A model generated the notes under the pieces. That model was not told the DNA's origin. It saw only the letters and a list, made by a program, of their open reading frames with translations, and ran no database searches. Position numbers and translations under genes: made by a program. From Octopus vulgaris (Eukaryota), in NCBI GenBank assembly GCA_951406725.2, contig OX597817.1, positions 38,378,001 to 38,442,000 of the forward strand: 64,000 bases of DNA, read 5' to 3'. This document shows positions 40,331 to 54,646 of the stretch, one piece after another (position 1 is the first letter of the stretch; every line of letters begins with the position of its first letter).

Positions 40331-42585
40331 ACCTTGTGCCTAGAGTAGAAAAGAAAAGAATACATAAAGTACAGTTTATACATTTGCGTGAAATCGATGA
40401 TTCACTGTATAACTCATCAGGATGTGTGTCTCCAATTGGTCAAGGACTGTTGATTTACTTAAAGTTGTTGCATCAAAGATAATGCAAGTTGAGTTTTATA
40501 AAATGCACAAAAAATATTACCTAACAAACACAAGGCATTAAATATAATTTTACTTCTACAGTTTTAAAAATTGTCTGAGAAAAAGAGTTTTCTCTTTCTA
40601 GATTCTGGATAATTCTAATTAAGTAGGAGCGAATTTTGCACAGTAAATTATTTTCTATATTTTCTTTTAGTTTCTCATCCAGCATTTGCCTTTTTTTTTA
40701 AATATTTGCTTGAACATTTATATATAATGCTTATAGAAATTATTAAAGACAGTGAGGACTTGTATCTAGAAATTATATTGGATCTTAACGAATCATGGCG
40801 TATGCTTCTGCTTAATGATAACGTAATGTCCTGCACATATTCTAATTGTGACTATCTTTTTCTCTTTTAAATGCATTTAAAATGTATGCATTGCATCTGA
40901 TTCAATAATTTATTTCTAAAAACAAAATCTTGACCTCTCTATATACACTTAACGTTTCCCCATGGCACCTTTTCACATTTGTTGCCCCGTGTGAGTTCTC
41001 AACGCCCCACCTCTAAGGGATCTCTGCCCTTGAATTAAGAACCGCTACTCTAATGAAACCTTTTTCTCACCAGTAATTGCTTGTAATATCTATTGCAGTG
41101 TTTATAAGTATACAACATTCTTAGATTTTCAAAGAATATAGAAAAAAATCAGAAAAAAGTTGCATGAATTTTTACCTCCTCCGCGAACAAATGTGTGCAT
41201 ATGCAAACCTTTTGCAACGTAGGTGCAAAATAGTGACCCACAATAAATATCCCCTTTTATATATCAAGATATTTGCGCTCACATACTTCATATATATATA
41301 TATATATATTATACAAATGCACATGTATGAATATATGCATAAATAAATATATATGTACGTATATAAATATGTATGTATATATGTTTGATATATCTGGAAA
41401 GAGAAAGAAAGAATTGGGAAACAAGGAGGCGTTATACACATGCACATACACATACATACATACATACATACATACATACATACATACATACATACATACA
41501 TACATACAGTCTACATGGCAATCTGGAAAGCTAAGATTTTTAGACAAAGAAAGAACCCGATTAACGAGCACTTCATAGATACAATTTGCACGTACAACGG
41601 TAAAAGTATGCAGGATTTTTCTAAAGTTCAACAAATAACGCCTATTACTTTTCTAGAAACCAGCGCCTTCTCTCCGGGAAGAATTATGATAAAAATTACA
41701 TGCATTCATACACACAAACAAAAAAAAACATACATAGATATAATCATAAAAATCAAACACACAAGGAGACATTAACAACTATTGTATGGTTGTTAATGTC
41801 CCCTTGCATACATACATACATACATACACACACGCATACATACATACATGTTGATTACTCCATCTTCACAGATTATTGACATCTTCTCTTGCTTCCTCGT
41901 TGTCAGTGGAATTTCTGACTTTCCGGCCATGACCTCTCTGATGACTATTCAATCTTGTTGCAGATTTTCAGGGTTTGAAGTATAAGTGACAAACAAAAGT
42001 TGTAATTCACTGCGCGCTCCTAACTGGTTAGGTCTGCATACGTTGCCACTCTTCCATTACCATAGGACTTTCAGTAGATGGAATGACAAATGAGGTCACC
42101 ATAAAGAGACATCTGTACGTCATTGCATTACAGTGATAAAGGTTTATACAGCACGAGTACCTCTCTATGAGTCTTCGTGATTAATGCTAGTGACAGGCCG
42201 AAGTGAGATGGCCAGTAAGCCCACAAAACCGCAGGTTTTACATTAGAGTTTCCTTCCCCTAGAAGAATGCTGTGACAAAGATAGATGTCTCTCAATGTCA
42301 GTGGTTTTATTTCGTGCCGTGATACCAGCCGAGGTACTTCTGTGTCACCAGGCGTAGATGAAACGTCATCATATACGCTAATTAACCTCATAGCTGGGAC
42401 CCTGACAGGTACTACTACTCCTGCGCAGAGTAGAACTAAGAATAAGAGTGGCTAAGAGGTGGTTTCACATTCCCAAATCCTTGGAACCCCTGAACCGAAT
42501 GTATGTATGTATGTATGTATGTATGTATGTATGTATGTATGTATGTATGTATGTATGTATGTATGTATGTATGTATGTATGTATG

Positions 42586-42617
<32 letters not shown>

Positions 42618-43115
42618 ATGTATGTATGTATGTGACACTTCATTCAAATAGCCTGAGGAAGCTATGAAATTCGCACTAACACTCAACTCTGGGTGCACAA
42701 TTCCTTATGGCAGAAACAGCTATAAGCTAATGGAAGTGATTGCGTAACTTCTGTTCTTTGTCATGAATTTATTCATTACTACTATTACGCTCTGTACTGA
42801 CCTAATGATTCATATAAGAGTTCAGAACGGAGAACTTCAAGCAATTCACACCTGCTCGCCGACAGACCTTATTAATACTGTGAAATATATGTATACTGAA
42901 TTGTAACAACTGGTTATTTGTACCGCTACGCCTAAGAGAAATTGTGTGTGTGTGTGTGTACGTGTCAACTTGCATTCATATATTCAGAAATTCGTCTTCC
43001 TGGTCCTGACTCAAACAAATAAAGCATTGTCACTTAACTGGTGACCGGCTTGAATTCAGCGAAGAATTTAAATAAATCTCATGGAATACATAGTTAAAGC
43101 ACACGTGTGTACGTG

Positions 43116-43193
<78 letters not shown>

Positions 43194-43440
43194 CGTGTGT
43201 GTTTTGATTACCTATGTCATCCCAGGTCATCCCATTTAAGAAAACTAGTCAAAGACAGTCCAGCCATGCCTATCCAATATAATTTTCAGACAATCAAATG
43301 TTTTATTTTCTCTTTTAAGACAAGGTATGATCGAGGGGAGTTTGGCTGCTATTTTTGTTCCTGGTCTGGTTACCTTGATTGTATATGGTGGTATAGCGCA
43401 TGGAGATGAAAAAAAATGAAACGAACCTGCAACTGCTATG

Positions 43441-43458
43441 CACTGCGCCCTCTGTTGG
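43441..43458 (-). promoter_or_regulatory. CTCF-like motif
   Basis: Minus strand CCAACAGAGGGCGCAGTG closely matches the CTCF core consensus. Motif match only. Confidence 0.4.
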
Positions 43459-44391
43459 AGACAGACTGAATTATTGATATATTTATTTTTTTCATCACAT
43501 CTGTTGCAGTTTTCATTCATTAAATATTAAGAGGTGAACAGGCTCTCTCTGCCCCACCTCTTCTGTCTCTAACTCTATCTCTCACTTTCTTCAAATCTCT
43601 TTCACGTTCACACACACACACACACACATACGCACACACACACATACATACATATACGCATTTACATACGCAGACATATATATACATGTATGTGTTTGTG
43701 TGTCTATATATATATATATATACATGCATGCAAACACGCATACATACATATGTACACATACATACACACGTAAATACACGGACACTTATGCATACATATG
43801 CACACATACATGTATGTGCACATAAACACAGATCATAAACGAACACTTACATACACAATACATTCATCACATGCATACTCACATATAAAAGCGCATACAT
43901 ACACATATAAACACACATACACAGACACATATACACAGACACACACACGCACGCACATAAGGAGTGTATACAGAAACACACTTCATTCATGTAAATCGAT
44001 GAATGTAATAGGAAACAAGCATTTGTGTCGCTGCAACAACTACAACAGACTTAAGACAAACAGACAGCTCGACAAAAATAGGTTAGTGGCTGGCTGTCCG
44101 TCTTGTTCACTGGATGGCTGGTTAGTTGGCTGGCATGCCGACAGGCTTGCTGGTTGACTGGCTGCCTGACTGGCTTGTTGGCTTGTTGATTTCGTTAGTG
44201 TGTCGACTTGAATCGAATATTTTAGTTGGCCTCGACTGTCTTTTGGTGAGAAAGAAAGGGCAGATGACTAGTTGGATGGACAGAAGGATGAATTGATCAT
44301 TGAGTGTGTATGGACTCGCGAATGGATTGGCTAATTGATTGATGGGTAGATGGTTGAATAGACAAAGGGATGGGTGAATGAATGAACCGAT

Positions 44392-44434
<43 letters not shown>

Positions 44435-45113
44435 TTATGTGTTGGAATACAACCCAATCGTTTCTTATTCCCAATTAGAAGCTTATAAGAGGTGAGGGTG
44501 TTTCAACCGTTATATTTGTCTGGGGTCGAATAGCCACAGGTGTGTCCCCCTGAGTATTTGCTGAGCTTCTCCCTAAAAACATAAAATAAAATAATTTTTC
44601 TTTAAAAAATTCAAAGCCTCATTGAATTAAGAGAAGGGTTCCGCGTCCTGAACCCGATCTTGTTCCACATTGCCAAATTTCTGTCGTTCTCTCAGATGCT
44701 CTAGGGATGGTCCTAGCGTAGGTTGCTGGCGCCTGAAAGAGCTAAATTTCGAGGCCTTTGGATGTATAATATTTCAACTATTTACACAATAAAAATGTTA
44801 ATGTAGAAATAAAGAGTTCATTCGAATTTATTAGTTTTAATTTGGTGTTGAATCAACTGCGCTACACTTTTTTCTCTTGGTATTTCGAAGATCCCAAACA
44901 TATGAAATGGCTTCTAACACTTAATGATGATCGGGGCGACTGTTCGATTTGCTGATACCTTCAGCCGTCCCTTTACTCTCTGCAAGTAATCGGGAGCCAG
45001 CACTACGAGAATAGTGACGAATTGCGTCCAAAGGCTCTACACTTCAGATTTAGGAGGGGAGCATAATAATAAGTGACTTTCACGCTTTTTTCAAGTGAAG
45101 TGGCAGATTGGCA

Positions 45114-45866
45114 GGATCTCTTCAATTTCGCTCACAGATTAAAAAATTTTTTTTTTAACTAAATAGTTCGAAATTTCGTATACTGGAGTAATTTCTCATG
45201 CCGAACACGGTTTACTTTCAACATTTTTGACAAAATTTTGTATTTTAGAAGTTATTTCGCGTTAAAGTTGTCGTATTTCGGTAATTTTAACCAATCAACG
45301 ATGTGTATTCAGCTGAGGCTACTGTTGTATGCGATAGTAATCGAAGAGCAACAACTTCCGGGTCATCTCTACTAAATGTCGCAACTCTGTTCTATTTTAT
45401 TTTTGTTTACTGCCTTGTTGCATGTTGCATATTACACGCTTTCTTCTTTATTATTTTTTTTTTTTTTGCTTTTCGATAGCTTCTTTGTACGAGTGGTGAA
45501 AATGCAAATGTATAAAGAGACGATCGAAAAGCAAAAACAAAAAAGCGTGCACTATGCAGCACAGGCAGCAAACAAAAATAAAACAGAACAGAGGGGTGAC
45601 ATTTAGTAGAGATGGCCCGGAAGTTGTTGCTCTTCGGTTAGTATCGCATATAGCTTTAGCTTTCTTCAGTTGAATACACGTCATTGATTGGTTAAAATTA
45701 CCCAAATACGATAACTTTAACATGAAATAACTTCTAAAGTACGAAATTTTGTCAAAAATGCTGAAAGTAAACCATGTTCAGCATGAGAAATTACACCAGT
45801 ATACGAAGTTTCAAACTGTTTAGTTAAGAAAATAATTTTAAAATCTGAGCGAAACTGAAGAGATCC
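45114..45866. mobile_element. Merlin-type MITE, almost fully palindromic, with an 8-bp TSD
   Basis: Termini GGATCTCTTCA...TGAAGAGATCC with flanks gattggca / gactggca. Arms pair for about 360 bp each around a loop near 45500. Confidence 0.88.
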
Positions 45867-45959
45867 GACTGGCAAAATCCTTCTTTGCATCTACGTTCAT
45901 TACAGTAAGTTGCAAAACATGTTACAGCTCACCCATAAGGTTGCCTTTCTTTTACATTT

Positions 45960-46023
<64 letters not shown>

Positions 46024-48923
46024 ATACATTATTGCATACATACATACATACATACATACATACATACATACATACATACATACATACATACATACATGCA
46101 TGCATACACATACATACATACATACATACATACATACATACATACATACATACACACACATACGCACACACCTCAACAAATGCTATAACTAGGATTTCTC
46201 TTTGTTTTATTTATTGACAACACCTTTCATTCTTGGCCTAACTTCTCACTTGTATTGCCAAAGGTGTTTCCAAACATTTATATCGTTTACACATATTGCA
46301 ATGCTTCAAGCAAATTACAGAACTCTCAAACGAGTAATAAAATTACTTTAAAACAAATGGGTGCACGCTTTGCACTTTATGGCAAAGGAATGCACATACA
46401 GTTCGATTGATGCAAATTCCTTCTCTTATAATTCCAAATGCCTTCTCTTATAATTCCAGTCAAAATATCGAGGAATTAAGCCGAATTGACAAAGTCGTTA
46501 AGAGTGTTGGACAGTGTTCGGATCCTTTGCGCTGAGTTCAAATCTTTCTGAGGTCAGTTTTGTCTATCGTCCTTTCAGGAAAGAAAGGTAGCACTCCAAG
46601 ATAATGGATTAGCGAAATTGTTAGAACGCTGGGCAAGATGCCTTGCAATATATATTCCATCCATCTCTCTAAGTTCAAATCTCGCACCGTCACCGAAAAA
46701 CGGTGACACTTCCGTCAGAAGTTTCGACCGGCAGACAATATCAACGATTTGGAAAACTAATGGAAGATCGACTACCACCATCACTACATATCTAAGATGC
46801 CCCACAGGAATATTAAATTGAAGCAATATATTATTAATACTATATTTTATTGACCCTAGAAGGATGAAAGACAAAGTTTATATCCGCGATATTTGAACTC
46901 ATGACCGTAACAAAATACTGTAAGCATTGAAAACACATACGTTTTCTAAATACCCTCACATTTTCCAGCTCACTTCAAAAAATCTTGGTACATTTGTGGA
47001 TCATATGTAATAAGTAAGTATGTCAAAGCACATTGGTTGAAAACGTCTACTCTTCTGAGTTCAAATCCCACCGAATTCAACTTTGTTTTTCACCTTTCCA
47101 AAATCGATATAAAAACATTTACCCAGTCAAGAAACTGGGTGATTTAATATTCATGTAAACGAAATTATATAATAGAAGAGAAGTAAATTAGTATCAACAG
47201 AAGATGAAAACTGAGACATGATTTCAAATCACAGAGTTTGCTTCTGGCTCTAAGTTCTCGCTTTCACTAGCGACAAATAGTGAGTTCTCTTTTTTAAAAA
47301 ATTACAACAGATTGGCATTTTGTGATAAAGAGAGGAGAGATATGTGGCAAGATGTGATGTTGATGGCATTTCCAGCGTAACTAAATTGAGCTAGCTTTAT
47401 CAAGAGATTGAATCTGATTCATGGACTCACTTCACTGGAAGCTTTAGACTTCTGTTTGTGGTTGTTCTTATTGTATTGTTGTTTAGACCTAGGTCAGCTC
47501 TTACTGATTAGATCCAGGACCAAAAACGTTCCAGGTATGGCTATCTCGTCTTTTTCAGACAGCATATATTGAATACCTCAAAATGTAATCATATCATTTA
47601 ATGTGGTTTAGAAGAATTTTTATTATTTCTTGCAGATTAAGAGGTTCTTTTGTTGGTTTAACTTCTTAATTTTTATTTTCTCTTTGTCATTGGTCCCTCG
47701 GTCACAATGATTTTAAATGATTCTTCAGTGCAAACATTGCCGTCTTTATACTGTAGCCTATTATATACGATGATCAACATCATACTCATTGGTTCACGTT
47801 TTTGCATGGGTTTTATAGAGGCGTCATGGATATAGAATCAGTGCAAAGACAAAGACAAGATACGAACTCTGACACTTCGGTTGTGTCTGTCTGTCTGTCT
47901 CTCTGTCTGGTATATTGTTTATTTGTGGCTCGTAGTGCAGTTACTTATGAAGCCTCTACATAGTCCTACAATATAACGATATGGGTAGACACACTACCGT
48001 CTTGAAAAGGGTAAGAGACTCTGGAACAATCTAATTAATATAGCAACAGTGGGTTAGGAGGGGAACATGAGAAAGAGAGAGATAATCTATTTATAATTGC
48101 TGGACCCGAAGGAAAAGATTGTACCTGTGACCGTTGTAGATCCTCCTAGACTGGTGAGATTGATGCTCCTCTTGAAGCTTTATAATTCAACACCCGCAGA
48201 AGTGATATGGGTAGGGAGGGATTTCCAGGAGAATTTGGCTAAGGAAAGAAAGGAAGAACGAAAGATAGAAAGAAAGAAAGCTAGAAAGGAAGAAACAAAG
48301 AAAGAAAGAAAGAAAAAAGAAAACGAGAAAGGCAGCCCAGAACTGAAGAAAGAGGAAGAAAGGAGGAAGAGAAAGAACTACAAACAGGAGAGAGAAGTTA
48401 AAAATGTGAAAAAGAAAAAGCAAGTGAAAAAGAATTTGGAAAAAGAAAGTAAGCAAAGAGAAGGTAAAAGAAAGAAAAAAGAATATAGAAAAAGAACGAA
48501 GGTAAGAAGACTGAAAAATATAAGGGAAATATTACAGAAGAACAGAAAGTAAAAATTGAAAAAGTGGATAACAGAGTGAGAAGGAAAGATAGAGATAGAA
48601 AGCGACGAGTGTTGGCGGTTGGAAGGTAAGGAGAGAAATATATAAACACGCGACTTGGAAGAAATGAAGAAGGGTGTGGGGCGATGGTGGTGAATGAACG
48701 AGTACAGGTCGAAGCAGATCGATTAGACGTCACTCGGCACATTATTCAGCTGTTCTTCGCGACACCACGTGATTTCCTCCAGCCCACCCCCGCAAAACAT
48801 CTACGCGCAGAGAGTTTACTGAATGGGACAGCAGTAGCTTCAAGAATACCAAGCAGCAGCAACACTGTTGCTCGGACCGCTAGAGATAGCAGCCAAACAC
48901 GCACTCTTTCATAACTTACAATC

Positions 48924-48960
<37 letters not shown>

Positions 48961-48965
48961 AAGAC

Positions 48966-49025
<60 letters not shown>

Positions 49026-49330
49026 GGATAAAAGTGAGAGGTCACTTTTAGGATATTTTAGTCCTTGATCTAGTATGTCTAAATAAAAGACAGTACATCG
49101 AAATAAAGACCGTATAGTCAGAGCAGGGGCTTCTTAATCATAGATTACACGCACAGATACAATGCACGTGCATGTGTGCAGGTGCTTGGTGTGCATGCGA
49201 GTGTGTGTGTCTGTGCAAGTGTGTATATGTGTGCAATAAGTCGTCAAAAGAGGAGCAAACGAGTTGAAGTTACAATGTATTATCATTGACGGACTATATT
49301 ATATGTATGGATATCCACGTATGTACATGT

Positions 49331-49362
<32 letters not shown>

Positions 49363-49727
49363 CGTATATGTGTATGTATATACAAATACATACATACATT
49401 ATACACCCCCACTCACACCACACACACACACATACACACACATACACACACACACACACATACACACATACATGTAGAGGCATAGTCGAAAACGCTAATA
49501 TGCACATCCGGATAAGCTACCCTCTCACACTCACAAACTCACATATTTTCTCTATCAGTTTTCTGTTTGTAACTTTATAAGTCATTCACCTTCTCTTGAC
49601 TTCATTCACAAAGAAATTTACTACCCACATACGCACGTACGCACACGCCCGGTTGCACGCACACACTCCCACACAGACACATAAATATACACATGGGCAC
49701 ACAGCACAATGCAAAAACATAGCCATA

Positions 49728-49803
<76 letters not shown>

Positions 49804-50051
49804 CAGTGTGCGTGCATGTGTGTGTGTGAGTGTACACTGCCGAATAAACAAGCAATATAATGACCGACACATATTTATGTATATATGTGTGTGAGTGTGT
49901 GAGCTTGTATGTGTATGTATGTACGTATGTGTGTGTGTGTGTGTGTGTGTACACATGCACAAACAGACGCACACACTCTCTCTTTCTCTTACACACACAC
50001 AAATATCAAGTTCCGTACACTATTTGTGTGTGTGTGTGTGTGTGTGCATGT

Positions 50052-50107
<56 letters not shown>

Positions 50108-50929
50108 TTTTCTGTGTATATATAAGATATACGTACATATACATTCACATACTGTGAAATGAAAAATGTGGGAAATACCGTCATCTTGGCGCCTGTCTAA
50201 GACCAACTGCTGTATCAGATTATTTCATTTTCCACAGAGTTCGCACAATTCGAAATCCCTTTTATTTCTGCCCTACCCTACTGTATGAACCAATGTGGGA
50301 GCTTTTATGGGGTCGTTTGACCTGCCAAAAGTAGTAGCCAATCTCCCTCAAATTACACTGCTGTCTTAAAAGTGAAGAGATATACTGGATGATATATATA
50401 TATATATATATATATACATGCATGTATGTATGCATATATGTATGTAAATAAATAGATGTGAAGGGAAGGATATGATTTAAATAAATATTTCATACGTTCA
50501 GGTTTAATAAATATACATTTAGCTTCACTGGGTAAATACAATAAAGCACACGCCAACACATGCATATACATACATACATACATACATACATACACACATA
50601 CATACAAATATGCAGACAGACAGATAGAAAAATGCGTGTGTGTGTGAGTGTGTATTGCTATAGGTGTTATCGTTTTTATATAAAACGAAAAATGAACAGA
50701 AAATGTAAGCAATACATTAATTTTTTATCATTATTTTTTTTTTTTTTTACCTTTTTCAAAAATGGGCAGTCACTTACAAATTTCATCAAGTAAAGCTTTA
50801 CGATTGAAATAGCCTTACTCAGGGAAACTCCGAAGGAAATGTACACACACACACGCGCGCGCTCTCGGACACACACGCACGCGAGCACATACACACACGC
50901 ACGCACACACACATATACACACAAACACG

Positions 50930-51905
50930 ATGTTGCTGTGTAGTAAGAAGTTTGCTTCCCAACCCCATCATTCCGGGTTCACTCCCATTGTGTGACAACT
51001 TGGGCAAGTGTCTTTGGGGCCGACCAAAGCCGTCTGAATGGATTTCGTAGATGGAAACTGAAAGAAGCCCGTACATATATATATACATAATATAGATAGA
51101 GAGATAGATAGATATACATATATATATATTCTTTTATTTGTTTCAGTTATTTGACTGGGATCATGCTGGGGCACCACCTTTAGTCGAAGGAATGGACCCC
51201 AGGTCTTATTCTTTGTAAGCGTAGTACTTACTCTATCGGGCTCTTTAGCCGAACCGCTAAGTTATGGGGATATAGACACACCAACATCGGTTGTCAAGCG
51301 ATGGTGGAGGGAGAAAGACACACAAACATATGCATACATATATATATATGTATGGATATGGACTTCTTTCAGTTTCTGTCAACCAAATCCACTCACAAGG
51401 CTTTGGTTTGCCCGAGGCTATAGTAGAAGACACTTGTCCAAGGTGCCACGCAGTGGGACAGAACTCGGAACCATGTGGTTAGTAAGCAATCTACTTACCA
51501 CATAGCCACTCCTGCACAAGCGCAACCGTCGCTGTGTGGAAAGAAATTTGCTTCTCAACCACATGGTTACAGGTTCAGTACCACCATGGGCAACCGTCTT
51601 CTAGCATAGCTTCAAGCCAACCAAAGCCTTGTGAGTGGATTTGGTGGACGGAAACTGAAAGAAGCCGGTCGTAAATGTGTGTGTGTGTGCGCGCGCGCGC
51701 ACGCGCGCGTGTATATTGTATTTATCTCCCACGACCCCTTGACAGCCGGGGATGGCGTCTATGTCCCGCTTGGCAGTTCGGCAAAAATAGAATAAATACC
51801 AAGCTTAAAAATTAATTATTGAGGTCGATTCGTTCGACTAAAATTCTTAAAAACACTGCTCTAGCATGGCTGCAAGCTAATGATGAAAAACGTAAAAAGA
51901 ATAAA
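50930..51905. mobile_element. Cluster of three SINE family B copies (+ 50930-51075, - 51131-51515, + 51525-51905)
   Basis: Each matches 33830-34185 in the stated orientation. Confidence 0.85.
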
Positions 51906-51954
51906 GGAAGATATATGCGCGCGCACACACAGAGACACACACACATGCATATAC

Positions 51955-52019
<65 letters not shown>

Positions 52020-52440
52020 AATGTAAAAAAATACAAACTGGGACAAGAACGTGAAACATTTGGAAGACGATACAAAAAACACGGACGGGACATTCGAAGC
52101 CCTCAATCTTCAGTCAAGAACCGGATCATCTTCGCAATTTCGGCTGATTAATCTTGATTCATATATATATATATATTATACATATAATAAAATGCAATAT
52201 GTTTCAGGTTGGTACAAAGGAATTTAAATGAGCAAACGGAGAGGGAGAAAGTGACAGTCAGAGACACTAAATGCTGGCGAACCGTAGTGAGAGGTTTCGC
52301 TCTAAGTCGCCGATATTTTCATGAAAATAAAACTAAATGTTTATTGTAAATTTTCAAATTTACACACATATACACATATACATATGAAATTAAATAGTAA
52401 ACGTTTAAGCATTTGTTTTGCAACATTGGCAACATTTGAC

Positions 52441-52921
52441 GTGAAATCGTGTGTTGAAACAGATATTGTTTCAATTTGGGGATGGTCATATATTGCCAAT
52501 TAAACTATATATTTGGTCTTCACATATATTTGGTCTTCACACATATTTGGTCGTCACACATCCTATAATCACTTCAGCGACTCTTTATCCCACGTGACTC
52601 TTCTTGTTCTTCGTATTCTATTTTGTCTTTCTGTGGTGTGTATATTTTCTGCGCAGATACTGACGCAAACGAATGTGCAGATGAGAATGCATATCACAAA
52701 AAGACAAAATGGAATAAACAGAACAAGAGGAGACACATGGGATTAAGAGTCGCTGAAGAGGTCACAGGATGTGTGGCGAAAAGCTTTAACAAAGAAGCTA
52801 TAACTAATAATAAAGCTAAAGTGAAGATCAAATATATAGTTCATGTATTTAATTGGCAAAATATGACCATCCCCAAGTATATCGATAAATATCAAACACT
52901 TTTCAAGATACCATCGTTCAC
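52441..52921. mobile_element. Diverged ~480-bp fold-back element with a hammerhead-like core
   Basis: ttggggatggtcata / tatgaccatccccaa and cttcagcgactct / agagtcgctgaag pair. Plus core: CTGAAGA ggtcaca-ggatg-tgtggc GAAA agct TTA (52753-52788). Stem I is not retained. Confidence 0.7.
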
Positions 52922-53095
52922 ATAATAATTACAATGTGTGTGTGTGTGTATGTGTACATATATACATACACATACATACATTCATATATATACACACACA
53001 CATTGCTTCTCAAACACATGGTACAGGGTTCAGAGCCATTGCGTGGTATTTCGGGCAAGTGTCTTCAACAATAGCCTCGGATCGATCAAAACCTT

Positions 53096-53158
<63 letters not shown>

Positions 53159-53418
53159 CTTGCGTGTGTGATTTGGGATAGAGAAGAGAACTTGTGTATA
53201 ATGGTGGAAATTAGTTCTCTAGTGAATGTCAGCATGAAGCAATGATACCTAAGCAAATTCTTAATGTATGTATATATGTATGTGTGTATGTGTGTATGTG
53301 TGTATGTGTGAAGGAGCATGGCACAGTGATTGGAGCATCGGGCTTACAATTTGTTAGTACTCTGAATTTCGTCCATACATACATGCGAGTATGTGTGTTT
53401 GGGTGTATTTATATATGC

Positions 53419-53477
<59 letters not shown>

Positions 53478-54584
53478 ACTGTATATCATAATAATATTTA
53501 TTCTCCGATTTGAAGCGACAGTTTTTAAATGTAAACAAATGACCGAAAAATGATGGGGTTAGCTCATCATTTTTCAGTCATTTGTTTGTATTCACAAATG
53601 GTGCTCAATGAAATATGCTGTTCTAACAGATCTTGGGTGCTCGGAAACGGAAATAGGAAGAGTGAGAGTGTAAACCCTTCCCTTCAAACTTACTAGCATC
53701 TTGCCAAAATTAGAGAGAATTATATGATTACTAGAAAATAATAATTATACATACAATTATGTATATATTGTTGTTTGTCCTTATGTGAAATTATATATAA
53801 AAACAATCTTATATTATAAAAAAGATGACCTCCATCTTCTGTCCATCATAATATATATGTAAAGGAAGGGAGGTTTCAACAGGAGAGATGATCCCTGTAG
53901 CAACATATCTTTAGAAGGGGAGGAGAAATGATGTTGAGAGAGGAGTACAGTGAGACAGAGAGAGAAAGTGTGGAAGATAGATAGATAGATAGATAGATAG
54001 GTAGGTAGTGTTGTCACTATAGTAACTAACAGGTTTTGATTAAAAACGCAGGAATTTTATGTGTAAGTCAACACAACAGAACAGAGACTTCAACAAAAGT
54101 CTTTAAGTATATAACAATGTAGACAGTTATATTTTAGTTGCTTGTGTGTATCTATGTGTGTTTCTGTATGCTTTTCAGCATAGAGACAACGCAAGACAGA
54201 TTTTGAAACAGACTTGCACTATAATGACAGATTGTAGATATTGTTGTTGTTGTTGTTACCGACAGAAAAATACAGTGAGAGAGAGGGAGAGAGAGAGAGA
54301 GAGCGTGCGCCCCCTCTCTCGATACACACACTGTGACCCTTCTATCCGACTTTCGCCATGATAGATCGCTAGCCACTACACATTCTTTATTTTCTCTCAT
54401 TGTTCCTTTCTGTAGAAGAGCGTAGGCTCGAAACGTTGAAGACTTTTTCACTTCCCGAGCGTTATACTAATACATCTGTTTGTCGTCTACACCAACTGTC
54501 TTCGTCTTTTGTATTTTTTTTAATGAATTCTCCCCCTATATATATATATATATACACTCACACACAAATATATACATACGCACG

Positions 54585-54645
<61 letters not shown>

Positions 54646-54646
<1 letters not shown>

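Noticed and set aside
35902-41047. hAT-like ends at 35902 (cagtggttcacc) and 41035 (ttaagaaccgcta) as one 5-kb element
   Set aside because: Poor TIR match and no TSD seen; probably separate relics.
45114-45866. Membership of this palindrome in the hammerhead fold-back class
   Set aside because: It has GG termini and an 8-bp TSD typical of Merlin, and its terminal CTGAAGA is not followed by stem II and GAAA.
48097-48552. 151-aa Lys/Glu/Arg-rich ORF
   Set aside because: Purine-rich low-complexity tract with a non-ATG start.
52508-52558. Short 17-bp direct repeats (also the 27-bp repeats at 39866/39925 and the ~30-bp repeats near 54790/54832) as CRISPR-like arrays
   Set aside because: Only 2-3 units, no unique spacer series, no cas genes, and a eukaryotic transposon context.
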